A DNA stretch of 64,000 nucleotides from Candidatus Micrarchaeota archaeon (GCA_964552755.1 CAZKHX010000003.1:11899-75898), one strand, 5' to 3'; shown: positions 8,938 through 18,410, counted from the stretch's first letter. Numbers and translations: made by a program. Notes: generated from the sequence alone by a model not told the origin.

Positions 8938-9399
8938 TTACATATTGAAGTACTGCCGAAACTTGTCGGTCAGGAAGAGGCGCGAGCTCCTGCCCTCCTT
9001 CCTCTGGGAGAGGAAGCCTTTCTCCCTGAGTTCCCGCACGTCCTGGTAAATCTGCGAGCCCATGCGGTTCGCAAGGTCGGATTTCAGCATGCCGTCATGG
9101 TTCGCGATGTAGGAGAGGGTGCGCAGCGCGCCCCTCCCGATTTCCGCCTCCTTTGCAAAGTCCTTCACCTGCTCGATATAGTCGCCGCGCACGCGCATTG
9201 CATAGGAGTTCCCGAGCTCGTGTATCTCAATCGAGCTCCCCATCCCATCGTAATCCCTCTTCAAATCCTCGAGGATTTTCTTCACCGCGCCGGGGGCGGC
9301 AATCCCCGTGAGCTGGCACAGCTTGTCCATGGAAAGCTCCCCTCCGGAAAGGAAAAGCGCGGCCTCCACCAGCCTCTTGTTTTTTTCGCTCACGGGCAC
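8938..9399 (-). CDS. scpB: segregation and condensation protein B
   Basis: It shows the LVEAALFLSGGELSMDKLCQLTG... winged-helix pattern typical of ScpB. It lies immediately downstream of, and overlaps, scpA. Confidence 0.75.
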   Translation of the reverse strand: MPVSEKNKRLVEAALFLSGGELSMDKLCQLTGIAAPGAVKKILEDLKRDYDGMGSSIEIHELGNSYAMRVRGDYIEQVKDFAKEAEIGRGALRTLSYIANHDGMLKSDLANRMGSQIYQDVRELREKGFLSQRKEGRSSRLFLTDKFRQYFNM

Positions 9400-10049
9400 A
9401 CCCTTATGAAAATCTCATCGAAGAACCTGTCCTGCCTCAGCGAGATGTCCTTCCTCTGCGCAAGGTGCAGGAGCGGAGTGAGCGCCTCCATCACGTGCTC
9501 GGGGCGGCCCCCTTCAAGCAGCGTGGAGAAAAGCAGCACGCCCTCGGAATCGGCCTTCTCCTTCACCCTGCCGAACACACGCTCAATCTCCGACTCAATG
9601 TCATATTCGCCTATTTCAAGGTCCACGACCGGCATCGGCTGGGGCTTCGGCGCGTTCCTCTCAATTTTCTCGTACTTCATAACCCGTTCCATTTCCCCGA
9701 CAAGCTCGTTGAGCGTAATCTGCCTCTTCGGGGGGATGCGGCCCTTGAGCTCCAGCTGCTGCACCGCCCCGCCATCCTCCTCCTCAGGCACCGCTTCGGG
9801 CAGCGCCTCCTCTTCCTCGTGGAACGCAAGCACCCTGCTCTTGTATTTCAGCAGTATCGCGCATGCAAGTATGATGTTCGCGGGAACGCGGAAGTCAAAC
9901 TGCTGCATCTCCCTTACAGTCTTGAAGAAGGAATCCGCCACCTTGACTATGTCGATGTTCCAGGGGTCCAGCTTCTCGGTTGCCACAAGCTCAACCAGCA
10001 ACTCCTTCCAGCTGGCCTTGGCTACCAACGACGTTATGGGGAGGGACAT
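9390..10049 (-). CDS. scpA: segregation and condensation protein A (kleisin)
   Basis: The N-terminal LVELVATEKLDPWNIDIVKVADSFF motif and C-terminal winged helix match ScpA. It is paired in an operon with scpB. Confidence 0.7.
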   Translation of the reverse strand: MSLPITSLVAKASWKELLVELVATEKLDPWNIDIVKVADSFFKTVREMQQFDFRVPANIILACAILLKYKSRVLAFHEEEEALPEAVPEEEDGGAVQQLELKGRIPPKRQITLNELVGEMERVMKYEKIERNAPKPQPMPVVDLEIGEYDIESEIERVFGRVKEKADSEGVLLFSTLLEGGRPEHVMEALTPLLHLAQRKDISLRQDRFFDEIFIRVCP

Positions 10050-10097
10050 ACTGCGGCTATTTAAGGTTTTAGATTTTAAATCCTTTCCGGTGGAACG

Positions 10098-11186
10098 ATG
10101 ACAGCAGGCAAAATAACTGTTCTGGACGGCGGGCAGCCGGTATCAAAGGCGCTTGATGAAATCCTCAGGACCGGCACCATAGTGGCCGTGACCAAGGACA
10201 GCAGGTATTACGGGATAATAGACGACCGCACAATCCGCAAGGACATGAGCGACCCGAGCAAATTCAAATGCATCCACGCCGCGGTGCGGGCGCAGGGCCT
10301 CCATAAGGATGCCGAAACCTACGAGCTCATGACTGCGTTCCTTACCGGCCCGTTCAAGGCCCTCCCCATAGTGGAGAAGGGCAAAGTCATTGACTCGGTA
10401 AGCCGTTCCGGGGCAATCCGCAGGATGCTCAAGGAACGCCTCGTCCCGAAAGTGAATGTGGAGGCGGTGATGAAGACCCCGCTCTATACTGTGGACATGA
10501 ACGAGAGCCTCGGGGTGGCTAAAAAGGTGATGCGGGAGAAGGGCGTGCACAGGCTCGCGGTCACCCGGATGGGCAAGGTAATCGGGGTTGTTTCCACATT
10601 CGATTTCGCGATGCTGATCCTCAAGCCCAAGGGCAGGGACCGGCTCGGCATGATAAGCGAGGTGAAGAAGCCAGAGGAGCAGCCCGTAGGCAAGTTCATG
10701 AGGGAAAAGCTCATCACGGTGGACCGGAGCGACTCGCTGACCGACGCGCTTGAGAAAATGGCGAAGGACCACGTCTCCACCCTGATTGTTGCAGACGGCA
10801 AGAAGCCCATAGGGGTAATAACCGCAGTGGACGCAATGAAATTCGTGCTCAGCATAATTTCCGCAGAGCCGGAAGTGTTCGTGAGCGGGCTGAGCGAGGA
10901 AACGCTCTACTACCACGACAACATAAAGGGCGCAATAAAGGGCGCGATAACCAAGTATACGAACAGCTTCAACTTTGACCACATAAACGTGCACCTCAAG
11001 GAGGGGAAGAACAGCTACGTGGTGAACGTGAACATGGGCATTGACCACTCCCCGCTGACGGTCCGCGCAGAGGGCTATGACCTCAAGGCAACGATGGACG
11101 AGGCTGCCGCAGAGATTAAAAGGCTTCTGAACAAAAAGAAAATATACCGCAAGCAGGGCAGGAGGCCCTGGGCAGGTTCGATATGA
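10098..11186 (+). CDS. CBS-domain protein (two CBS pairs) with C-terminal HPF/RaiA (ribosomal S30AE)-like domain
   Basis: CBS repeats include VMKTPLYTVDMNESLGVAKKVMREKGVHRLAV and FMREKLITVDRSDSLTDALEKMAKDHVSTLIV. The C-terminal ~90 aa, FVSGLSEETL...HINVHLKEGKNSYVVNVNMGID..LTVRAEGYDLKATMDEAAAEIKRLLNKKK, follows the HPF/YfiA consensus pattern. Confidence 0.6.
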   Translation: MTAGKITVLDGGQPVSKALDEILRTGTIVAVTKDSRYYGIIDDRTIRKDMSDPSKFKCIHAAVRAQGLHKDAETYELMTAFLTGPFKALPIVEKGKVIDSVSRSGAIRRMLKERLVPKVNVEAVMKTPLYTVDMNESLGVAKKVMREKGVHRLAVTRMGKVIGVVSTFDFAMLILKPKGRDRLGMISEVKKPEEQPVGKFMREKLITVDRSDSLTDALEKMAKDHVSTLIVADGKKPIGVITAVDAMKFVLSIISAEPEVFVSGLSEETLYYHDNIKGAIKGAITKYTNSFNFDHINVHLKEGKNSYVVNVNMGIDHSPLTVRAEGYDLKATMDEAAAEIKRLLNKKKIYRKQGRRPWAGSI

Positions 11187-11653
11187 AAGGCCAGGTAAGC
11201 ACCGAACTGATGGTCGTGGTCGGCTTCATCCTACTGCTTTTCATACCCCTCATGTTCGTGCTTTACCTCAAGCTCGGAGACGTCACCACCGACCTTTCGG
11301 TGCTGCAGGCGCATTTCTCGGTAATACGCATTGCCTCGCTCATCAACGCAATAGGCTACATGGGCGACGGCTCCGCAATAATTACCGAAGTATACCTCCC
11401 CACCAATGTAATAGAGCTGCAGTTCCGCAGCTTCGGGGATGGTGGCGCAGGCGGCGGCGAGGTTGTGCTGGTGCACTTCTCCCACGGAGAGGAGAGCGAC
11501 GTGTCTTCGCCCACTGCCTTCCAGATAAACCTTGGGGATCCGCAGGAAGGGGGCATAGAGATAGACCAGCCCGGCAGGTACCGCCTCGAAATCCTGAACA
11601 TTGGCGGCGAAATAACCGTTCGGGCAGCGAGCTCCGCAGAGCTCAGGGCATGA
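11183..11653 (+). CDS. archaeal type IV pilin-like protein (class III signal peptide)
   Basis: The N-terminus MKGQ/VSTELMVVVGFILLLFIPLMF has a KGQ cleavage-type motif followed by QxSxE and a hydrophobic helix. The start overlaps the upstream stop (ATGA). Confidence 0.5.
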   Translation: MKGQVSTELMVVVGFILLLFIPLMFVLYLKLGDVTTDLSVLQAHFSVIRIASLINAIGYMGDGSAIITEVYLPTNVIELQFRSFGDGGAGGGEVVLVHFSHGEESDVSSPTAFQINLGDPQEGGIEIDQPGRYRLEILNIGGEITVRAASSAELRA

Positions 11654-12875
11654 TGTCCTTCCCTTTCATCTCCTTTACAACCCCCCCATCGTAAACAAGC
11701 TCTCCCCTGAAGAGCACCTTTTCCGCTTTCCCCTTCAGGATTTCCCCCTCGTAGGGCGTCCAGCCGCACTTGCTCTCCATATCCTCCGCGCGCACCTTCC
11801 ATTTCTTCTTCAGGTCAATAAGCGTGATGTCCGCCTGATATCCTTTTGCTATTTTTCCTTTCCTTTTGAGATTGAATATGCGCGCCGGATTCTCGCAGCA
11901 CCTCTGCACAATCCATTCGAGCGGAACGCGCTTCTTGTTATATGCATCCAGCATGAGCGCAAGCGAGGTCTCCAGCCCGGGGAACCCTGCCGCGCCCCCC
12001 ATCTTTTCCTCCGGGAGGTGCGGCGCATGGTCTGTTGCATAAACATCTATTTTCCCGAGGCGCTTCCACATCCCCGCAACTTCCGCAGGGCTCCTCAGCG
12101 GCGGGTAAACCTTGCCGAAATCCTTTCTCAGCCGCTTCGCATCCTTCGAGCTCAGGAAGAGGTGATGCGGCGTAACCTCCACAACAGACTTCGCATACCC
12201 TTTTGCAATGTCCACTTCTTCCGGGGCGCTCAGGTGGCAGAAATATACCAGGCGCTTGTGGCCCTCCGCCATCAGCCTGCACTTAGAAACCGCTATCTTT
12301 GCGGAGAGGGCACTCCTTCCTTCCCCGAGCGAATCCATCGCCTCAATCGTCTCCTGGTCCTCCGCATGCACCATGAGCGGCCTTTCCCTCGGGAAGTTGC
12401 CCATGTGCATCCAGATTGAGCGCACGTCCGGCACCAGCAGCTCGCCTGTGCTCTGCCCGGTGTACATCTTGAGGGAGCGCGGCCCCGCTTTCCTTATTTC
12501 CGCGAAGTTGCGCTCCGTTGCGCCGAAATGCAGGCCCCAGTCGCAAACGGCCTTTTTTGCCGCTTCCTTCCTTTTCTCCTCAAGCGCCTTTGCGGTTATT
12601 GTAGGCCTGCCGGGGTTGTTCGGCATATCCATTATCGTTGTGACCCCCCCTGCGATTGCGGCGCGGGTGCCGGTATGGAAGTCCTCCTTGTGCGTGGGGC
12701 CCGGGTCGCGCATGTGCACATGGCAGTCGATGAGCCCCGGCAACGCTATGTACTTTGAGCAGTCCAGCCCTGCCCCTGAAAAACTCCCTATGCCCCTTAT
12801 GGTTTCCCCTTCGGTGAGTATGTCCCTGCGGACCAGCTTCCCCCTGGAAAATAAGCGCACGCCCTTCAGTAGCAT
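11643..12875 (-). CDS. pyrC: dihydroorotase
   Basis: It has PGLIDCHVHMRDPG and later metal-ligand motifs (FCHLS, ATDHAPH), and its length is typical. Confidence 0.8.
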   Translation of the reverse strand: MLLKGVRLFSRGKLVRRDILTEGETIRGIGSFSGAGLDCSKYIALPGLIDCHVHMRDPGPTHKEDFHTGTRAAIAGGVTTIMDMPNNPGRPTITAKALEEKRKEAAKKAVCDWGLHFGATERNFAEIRKAGPRSLKMYTGQSTGELLVPDVRSIWMHMGNFPRERPLMVHAEDQETIEAMDSLGEGRSALSAKIAVSKCRLMAEGHKRLVYFCHLSAPEEVDIAKGYAKSVVEVTPHHLFLSSKDAKRLRKDFGKVYPPLRSPAEVAGMWKRLGKIDVYATDHAPHLPEEKMGGAAGFPGLETSLALMLDAYNKKRVPLEWIVQRCCENPARIFNLKRKGKIAKGYQADITLIDLKKKWKVRAEDMESKCGWTPYEGEILKGKAEKVLFRGELVYDGGVVKEMKGKDIMP

Positions 12876-12909
12876 GATTACAGATGCGCACTAACGTTTA
12901 AAAGAATGC

Positions 12910-14544
12910 TTAGAACGGGATGGGGATTATCAGGGCGAACTGCTTCAGGAAGCCCAGCCATATCTTGCTGTACCAGGCGTTCCTCTTCTTGATTGTGTCC
13001 AGCAGGTCCTTGAATGCCTGCTTCTCTCCCGGGCCCATCTTGCTCTCGGTGACCTTCTTGTGCTCTTTCCCGTCTATGATGGTGATTTCCTCCTGTGAGC
13101 CGATCTGCTTCTTCGCCTGCTCATACCACGGAGGGAGCGAGGACTTCTGCTTCCGTATCGCCTTGATGAAATCCCTTGACTTGATTTTCCTCTCCTTCCC
13201 CGACTTGAAAGCCTCCCTCCACGGGATTGCCGCGGCCTCTTCCACCACTGCCTTCAGGTCGGAAGAGGCATAGCCCGAAGTGGCAAGCGCAAGCCTCCAG
13301 TAAGGGATTCCGCCCCCGAGAGGGAGCTTCTTCGCGTGTATCTTGAGGATTGCGGCGCGGGACGTGAAGTCCGGCTCCGGAATGTAAATGGTCTTGTTGA
13401 ACCTGCCGCTCCTCCTGAGCGCGGGGTCAACGTCCCACGGCGCGTTGGTCGCGGCGATGACAAGCACATTCTCGTTGTTCGCCTCAACCCCGTCCATCTC
13501 GTAGAGCATCTGGTTCACGGCCATCTTCATGTACTGCTGGCCTTCCTGCTGGTCCCTCCTGCCGCCGATTGCATCCACTTCGTCGAAGAACAGTATGCAC
13601 GGCGTGTTCTTCCTCGCAGTCTCGAACACCTTGTGGATGTTCTTCTCCGTGTTGCCCACGTACATGTCCAAAAGGTCGGAAAGCTTAGCATTGATGAAAG
13701 CTGCCTGGCATTCGCCAGCGGACGCCTTCACTATGAAGGTTTTTCCGCAGCCGGGCGGGCCGTACATCAGCAGGCCGCCTCCGCCTAGCTTGCCGTACTT
13801 GCGGGCAAGCTCCGGCTTCATCATCGGGTAGATGACCGCCTCGCGGATTACCTCCTTCATCTTTTCCATGCCCGCGACATCGGTGAACCGCATCGTGGGC
13901 TTCTTGAGCACCTTGATTTCCGAAGTGCCGCCCTCTCCGCCGGCCGCGCCCTTTGATTCCTTCTTGCCCTTCGCGGACTCGAGGTGCGTCCTCGCCTCAG
14001 CAAGCCCGGGGTTGAGCTCCAGCGCCTTCTTGTAGTCGCCTATTGCGGAATCTATGTCCCCTGAATATTCGTACGCAAGGCCCCTGAGGTGGTATGCCTC
14101 GGAAAAGTCCGGCTTGAGCTGTATCACCTTGCCGAAGTCCTCCACCGCCTTGTCATAGTCCTCGAGCGATGCGTATGAGAGGGCACGGTTGTATAGCGCC
14201 TTCATGTAGTTCGGGTTGAGCGTCACCGCCTTGTCGTACTCCTTTATGGCGCCCGCGTAGTCCTGCTTCCTGTAGAACGCATCCCCCTTGTTGTTGTACA
14301 CGTGGGGGTTCTTCGGGTCCAGCTCTGATGCCTTGGTGTAGTCGGCAATGGACTTGTCGTAATTCTTCAGCTGGTAGTAGCACAGTGCGCGGTTGAAGTA
14401 GGCCTCGGAGAAGATGGGGTTGAGCAGGATGGCCATATTGTAGTTCTCTATCGCCTTCTCATAGTCCCGCTTCTCAAAGTAGTCGTTGCCAATCTGATAA
14501 TAACTCATGGCGTCCACGAGCTGGGGCTTCTTCTCCGCCATCAA
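12910..14544 (-). CDS. TPR-repeat protein fused to AAA+ ATPase (Vps4/katanin/CDC48-like single AAA module)
   Basis: About five TPR repeats sit at the N-terminus (YNMAILLNP..., YTKASELDP..., YDKAVTLNP..., FGKVIQLKP..., YKKALELNP). The AAA module has Walker A LLMYGPPGCGKT, Walker B ILFFDEVDAIGG, and second-region-of-homology ATNAPWDVDPALRRSGRF. Confidence 0.75.
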   Translation of the reverse strand: MMAEKKPQLVDAMSYYQIGNDYFEKRDYEKAIENYNMAILLNPIFSEAYFNRALCYYQLKNYDKSIADYTKASELDPKNPHVYNNKGDAFYRKQDYAGAIKEYDKAVTLNPNYMKALYNRALSYASLEDYDKAVEDFGKVIQLKPDFSEAYHLRGLAYEYSGDIDSAIGDYKKALELNPGLAEARTHLESAKGKKESKGAAGGEGGTSEIKVLKKPTMRFTDVAGMEKMKEVIREAVIYPMMKPELARKYGKLGGGGLLMYGPPGCGKTFIVKASAGECQAAFINAKLSDLLDMYVGNTEKNIHKVFETARKNTPCILFFDEVDAIGGRRDQQEGQQYMKMAVNQMLYEMDGVEANNENVLVIAATNAPWDVDPALRRSGRFNKTIYIPEPDFTSRAAILKIHAKKLPLGGGIPYWRLALATSGYASSDLKAVVEEAAAIPWREAFKSGKERKIKSRDFIKAIRKQKSSLPPWYEQAKKQIGSQEEITIIDGKEHKKVTESKMGPGEKQAFKDLLDTIKKRNAWYSKIWLGFLKQFALIIPIPF

Positions 14545-14603
14545 ATCACTGCTGGTTTATATCTATAAATGCCTTTTAAACATTTTGGGTGGTAGGTATA
14601 CTT

Positions 14604-15152
14604 ATGCGTAAAATAAAGGGCCAAGCGAAGATTGAGCAACCCCGGGTTGCAGCTCGCCGCCTGAAAGGCCAGGCTGCGATGGAATATCTTTTCACCTATG
14701 GGTGGGCACTGCTCATACTTGTTGCCGTAATCATCGCGATCCTCGCAACAGGGGTCTTCAATCCGTCCTATTTCGTTTCCGAGGAGTGCAGCATCCAGCC
14801 GGACATCGCCTGCACGGGCTTCCAGCTGTACAAAAACGGCGGCACCAACCTCAACATACGCATAGAGAACCGCCTCGGCTACAGGATTTACCTGGACGAG
14901 GTCGAATTCCTCAAGAACGATGAGGTAATAGCCACTGAAAACGTTGGCGCTGAAATCGAGCAGGGCGGCAACGAGGAGCTGCACGTGGGCTTCGGCAGCG
15001 ATTACGACCCGAACGTGGGCAGCATCGAGAGAATGAAGCTCCGCCTCACATATTACACCTGCGCCCGGGAAGTGAACCCCGACTGCGACCAGAACGCTGA
15101 CTTTGAGCACGTGGTCACGGGGAGGCTCAGCGCGCAGGTCGAGCAGGGCTAG
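14604..15152 (+). CDS. archaeal type IV pilin-like protein (class III signal peptide)
   Basis: RRLKGQ/AAMEYLFTYGWALLILVAVIIAI is a classic prepilin-peptidase-type N-terminus. I chose ATG at 14604 because the track start at 14589 is GTG. A TATA-like CCTTTTAAAC lies ~27 nt upstream. Confidence 0.5.
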   Translation: MRKIKGQAKIEQPRVAARRLKGQAAMEYLFTYGWALLILVAVIIAILATGVFNPSYFVSEECSIQPDIACTGFQLYKNGGTNLNIRIENRLGYRIYLDEVEFLKNDEVIATENVGAEIEQGGNEELHVGFGSDYDPNVGSIERMKLRLTYYTCAREVNPDCDQNADFEHVVTGRLSAQVEQG

Positions 15153-17494
15153 AACGAGACTCCAAATTCCCCTTTTACAGTTTCGATTTCCTTAATCTTG
15201 GAAACCTGCTTCAGCTCTGCAATTAGCTCCTCCGGAAGCGGCTCGGGCGTGGAAATGCTCACCCTCTCAAGCTCAGCCGATTGCGCCATGCGCTCCGATG
15301 CCTTGTGCTGCCTCACCTGCCTCACGATTTCCCTGAAGCCGGCCTCCACGGCGGCAAACTCTTCGGGGTGCCTTTCCCCGGGCTCCGGCCACTTTGCGAA
15401 GTGCACCGATTCTCCCTTCGCGCCCTTGAACATCTCATGGTAGAGCTCTTCGGTGATATGCGGCGCAATCGGCGCGAGCAATTTGATGAATTCGTAAAGC
15501 ACCTTGTTCAGCACGTGCTGCGCCGCCTTCTTCGCTTCCACGTCCTCGCCGTAAATCCTGTGCTTCACGTATTCAAGGTAATCATCGCAGAAGTCGTGCC
15601 AGAAGAAGCCCTGCATCTCCCGGATGTGGTGGTGGAACTCGCTCCTGTCCATCGCCTCCGTGCCTTTTTCGATGAGCTGGTTCAGCCTCTCCAGCATCCA
15701 CTTGTCCAGCATGCCGAGCCCCGCCGGCTCCGAGCCGTCGTAGCCCTCCAGGGCGCCCTGCACGAACCTTGAGGCGTTCCACAGCTTGTTCAGGAAGGAC
15801 TTTGCGAACTTGATGTCCTCGTAGGAGAACGGCCTGTCCTTTGCCATCGCGCCGCTCATCGCGGCCCATTGCCTGAGCGCGTCCGCCTGGTATTCCTTGA
15901 GCAGCTCATCCGGCTGGATTACGTTGCCGAGGGACTTGCTCATCTTCTTGCCGTCAGGCGCAAGCACGTTGCCGTTCAGGAGGATGGTCTTCCAGGGGGC
16001 CTTGCCCGTAAGCGCCACCCCGCTCCTGTAGATAGTGTAGAATGCCCAGGTGCGGATGATTTCCACGCCCTGCGGCCTGAGCGAAGACGGATACAGCTTG
16101 CCCACTTTCGGCCCGTCCGGCCAGTCCGCAATTACGAGCGGGGTAATTGAGGAATCCACCCAGCAGTCCAGCACGCTGGTTTCGGGAACCATTTTGCCCC
16201 CGCACTTGCAGGTCTTCTCCTTCGCCTTCTCAGGGTAGAACGGCAGTTCGCTTTCCTCCGCGGGCGCGACTTCGGGGCACTTTTCGCAATAATAGAATGG
16301 GATGGGGGTGCCGAAAATCCTCTGCCTTGAAATCACCCAGTCCCATTCGACCGAATTTACCCAGTCATCCAAGTAGGAAATGCCGAAGGAAGGCACCCAC
16401 TCCACTTCGCGGGCCATCTTCTTTATGTCCTCCTTGTGCTGCGTAATGTTTGCGAACCACTGGTAGGACTGCTGGAATTCCACGCTGCTCTTGCACCTGT
16501 CGTGGATTTTCACGGTCTGCACGAGCTTCTCCTGCTTCACCAGCTTGCCCTCCTTCTTGAGCGCTTCGATAATCTGCTTGCGGGCATTAGGAGCGGTCAT
16601 GCCGTCCAGCCCTTCCGCGTTCTTGAGCTTGCCGCGCTCATCGAACATCTCTATCACAGGGAGGTTGTGCCGGTATACCCAAACAACGTCCTGCTTGTCT
16701 CCGAAGGTGCACACCATGAGCAGCCCGGTCCCGAAATCCTTGAGCACGTCCCTGTCCGGCAGCACCGGCACCTCCGCGCCGAGTGCGGTCTTTATCGTCT
16801 TCCCCGCAAGGTGCGTGTACCTTTTGTCTTCAGGATGGAACATAACCGCAACGCACGCGGGCATGAGCTCCGGCCTCGTGGTCGCAATCTCGAGCGGCTC
16901 GCCATCCGGCCCTGTGAAAATCACGTAGTTGAGTATGCTCTCCCTCTCCAGGTCCTCGGTGTCCGTTTTCGCGAGGGCGGAGCCGCACTTGAAGCACCAG
17001 AAGACCGGGTGCTTCGCCCGGTATACCATGCCCTTGCCGAACATCTGCAGCAGAGAGTATTGCACTTTCTTGTGGTACCCCGGGTCCATCGTCCTGTACT
17101 GGTAGCCCCAGTCCGGGGAGAAGCCGAGCTGCACCATGGACTCCTTCATGAGCGTTATCATTTCCTCGGTCCATTCCTTGCACTTCTCCCTGAATGCAGG
17201 CGGCGGGAGCCGGCCATGCTTTTTCTCCACGCGCACTTCCGTGGGGAAGCCCTGCGTGTCCCAGCCCTGCGGGTAGAACACCGAGTGGCCGGTCATCCTC
17301 TTGTACCTCGCGACGAAGTCGAAATAGGCGTAGGAGAGGGTGTGGCCCATGTGGAACTTGCCGCTCGTGAAGGGCGGAGGGGTGTCTATGGAATAGATTG
17401 GCTTCCCATCGTCTTTGAACGCATATGTCCCGTTCTGGAGCCAGTGCTGCTGCCACTTGCTTTCTGTCTCTCGCGTGAACCTTTTCTCGAGCAT
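15149..17494 (-). CDS. valS: valyl-tRNA synthetase
   Basis: Class I motifs are PPPFTSGKFHMGH (HIGH) and KMSKSLGNVIQP (KMSKS), plus GWDTQGFPTE and DWVISRQRIFGTPIP. The start was trimmed to MLEKRFTRETESKWQQHW. Val versus Leu assignment rests on motif style only. Confidence 0.75.
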   Translation of the reverse strand: MLEKRFTRETESKWQQHWLQNGTYAFKDDGKPIYSIDTPPPFTSGKFHMGHTLSYAYFDFVARYKRMTGHSVFYPQGWDTQGFPTEVRVEKKHGRLPPPAFREKCKEWTEEMITLMKESMVQLGFSPDWGYQYRTMDPGYHKKVQYSLLQMFGKGMVYRAKHPVFWCFKCGSALAKTDTEDLERESILNYVIFTGPDGEPLEIATTRPELMPACVAVMFHPEDKRYTHLAGKTIKTALGAEVPVLPDRDVLKDFGTGLLMVCTFGDKQDVVWVYRHNLPVIEMFDERGKLKNAEGLDGMTAPNARKQIIEALKKEGKLVKQEKLVQTVKIHDRCKSSVEFQQSYQWFANITQHKEDIKKMAREVEWVPSFGISYLDDWVNSVEWDWVISRQRIFGTPIPFYYCEKCPEVAPAEESELPFYPEKAKEKTCKCGGKMVPETSVLDCWVDSSITPLVIADWPDGPKVGKLYPSSLRPQGVEIIRTWAFYTIYRSGVALTGKAPWKTILLNGNVLAPDGKKMSKSLGNVIQPDELLKEYQADALRQWAAMSGAMAKDRPFSYEDIKFAKSFLNKLWNASRFVQGALEGYDGSEPAGLGMLDKWMLERLNQLIEKGTEAMDRSEFHHHIREMQGFFWHDFCDDYLEYVKHRIYGEDVEAKKAAQHVLNKVLYEFIKLLAPIAPHITEELYHEMFKGAKGESVHFAKWPEPGERHPEEFAAVEAGFREIVRQVRQHKASERMAQSAELERVSISTPEPLPEELIAELKQVSKIKEIETVKGEFGVSF

Positions 17495-17531
17495 GAAAAA
17501 CCACGTTGCTATGGAAAGCGTTGGAAATTCT

Positions 17532-18326
17532 TTAAAAGGAATCCTCACTGAGCCTTTTTCCGTCCTCTGCCGCGATGGTCTTGGCCCCGGTGTTCTTCGT
17601 TATCTCTTTCGCAACCTTCTCCGCGGTGCCCCACATCATCTTCATGCCGAAGTGCGAAAGAACTGCGAGCTTCGGCTTCGCCTCGGATATGAGCTTCTCC
17701 GCCTCGCCCGAGTCCATGTGGCCCTTGTACTTGTCCTGCGCCGGCTTCATCACGTTGATGATGAGCAGGCCGCAGCCGGAATAGTTCTTCCCTATCCCGT
17801 CGTAATATTCCGTGTCAGAAGTGTATCCCACCGTCTTCCCCCCGATTGTCAACTTGAAGCCGAACGCGTCGGGGGTGTCGTGTGCGGCTCTCATGCACTC
17901 CAGCGTGAACTGCCCATTCCGGGTGTTGAAGGTTTTCTTCCTGCCCGCCTTGCCCATGTACACCTCTTCCGGCATCTGCTGGTGGTAGAGGCTCACCGCG
18001 CGGTCGCCTGTCTCGTCGCCCTCCAGCACGTACTTGCTTCCTATGAGGACGCCCCTCCTCTTGAGCCCGTAGCCGCACATCCCCTCAACGATTACCTCTG
18101 CATCGTTTGAATGGTCGATATGGTTGTGCGTGACGACTACCGCGTCCAGCCTGAGGGGCGACTGCCTCCTGCGCACGCCGTTGGTGAGGGCCCCGGGCCC
18201 CGGGTCCACGTGGATGTTCGGCGGGCCGTTTATGCGGAACCCCCCGGTCCCCCGCACCTGCTTGATGAGGTTGATGCGGCCGCCCCCGGTGCCGATGAAA
18301 ACCACTTCCATAGGGGAGCTTTCCAT
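17532..18326 (-). CDS. metallo-beta-lactamase-fold hydrolase
   Basis: It has VVVTHNHIDHSND (HxHxDH) and an N-terminal VVFIGTGGG. The start was trimmed to MESSPMEVV; 18311 is also possible. Confidence 0.65.
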   Translation of the reverse strand: MESSPMEVVFIGTGGGRINLIKQVRGTGGFRINGPPNIHVDPGPGALTNGVRRRQSPLRLDAVVVTHNHIDHSNDAEVIVEGMCGYGLKRRGVLIGSKYVLEGDETGDRAVSLYHQQMPEEVYMGKAGRKKTFNTRNGQFTLECMRAAHDTPDAFGFKLTIGGKTVGYTSDTEYYDGIGKNYSGCGLLIINVMKPAQDKYKGHMDSGEAEKLISEAKPKLAVLSHFGMKMMWGTAEKVAKEITKNTGAKTIAAEDGKRLSEDSF

Positions 18327-18410
18327 AGGAGAATTAAAATGTTGCCTGATGGCTGCGAATCCGCCGCCTCGCGGCCATCCTGCAGCCATGAACGCCCGGC
18401 TGCCGCACAG

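Noticed and set aside
9097-10101. A 334-aa plus-strand ORF over scpB/scpA, and the 10143..11048 301-aa minus-strand ORF over the CBS gene
   Set aside because: Both are antisense to genes with recognisable family patterns, and their composition is low-complexity.
16436-17551. A 371-aa plus-strand ORF, together with 15281..15772 and other ORFs over valS
   Set aside because: These are antisense to valS, which carries HIGH/KMSKS motifs. They are R/H/L/P-rich, as expected for the mirror frame of a GC-rich gene.
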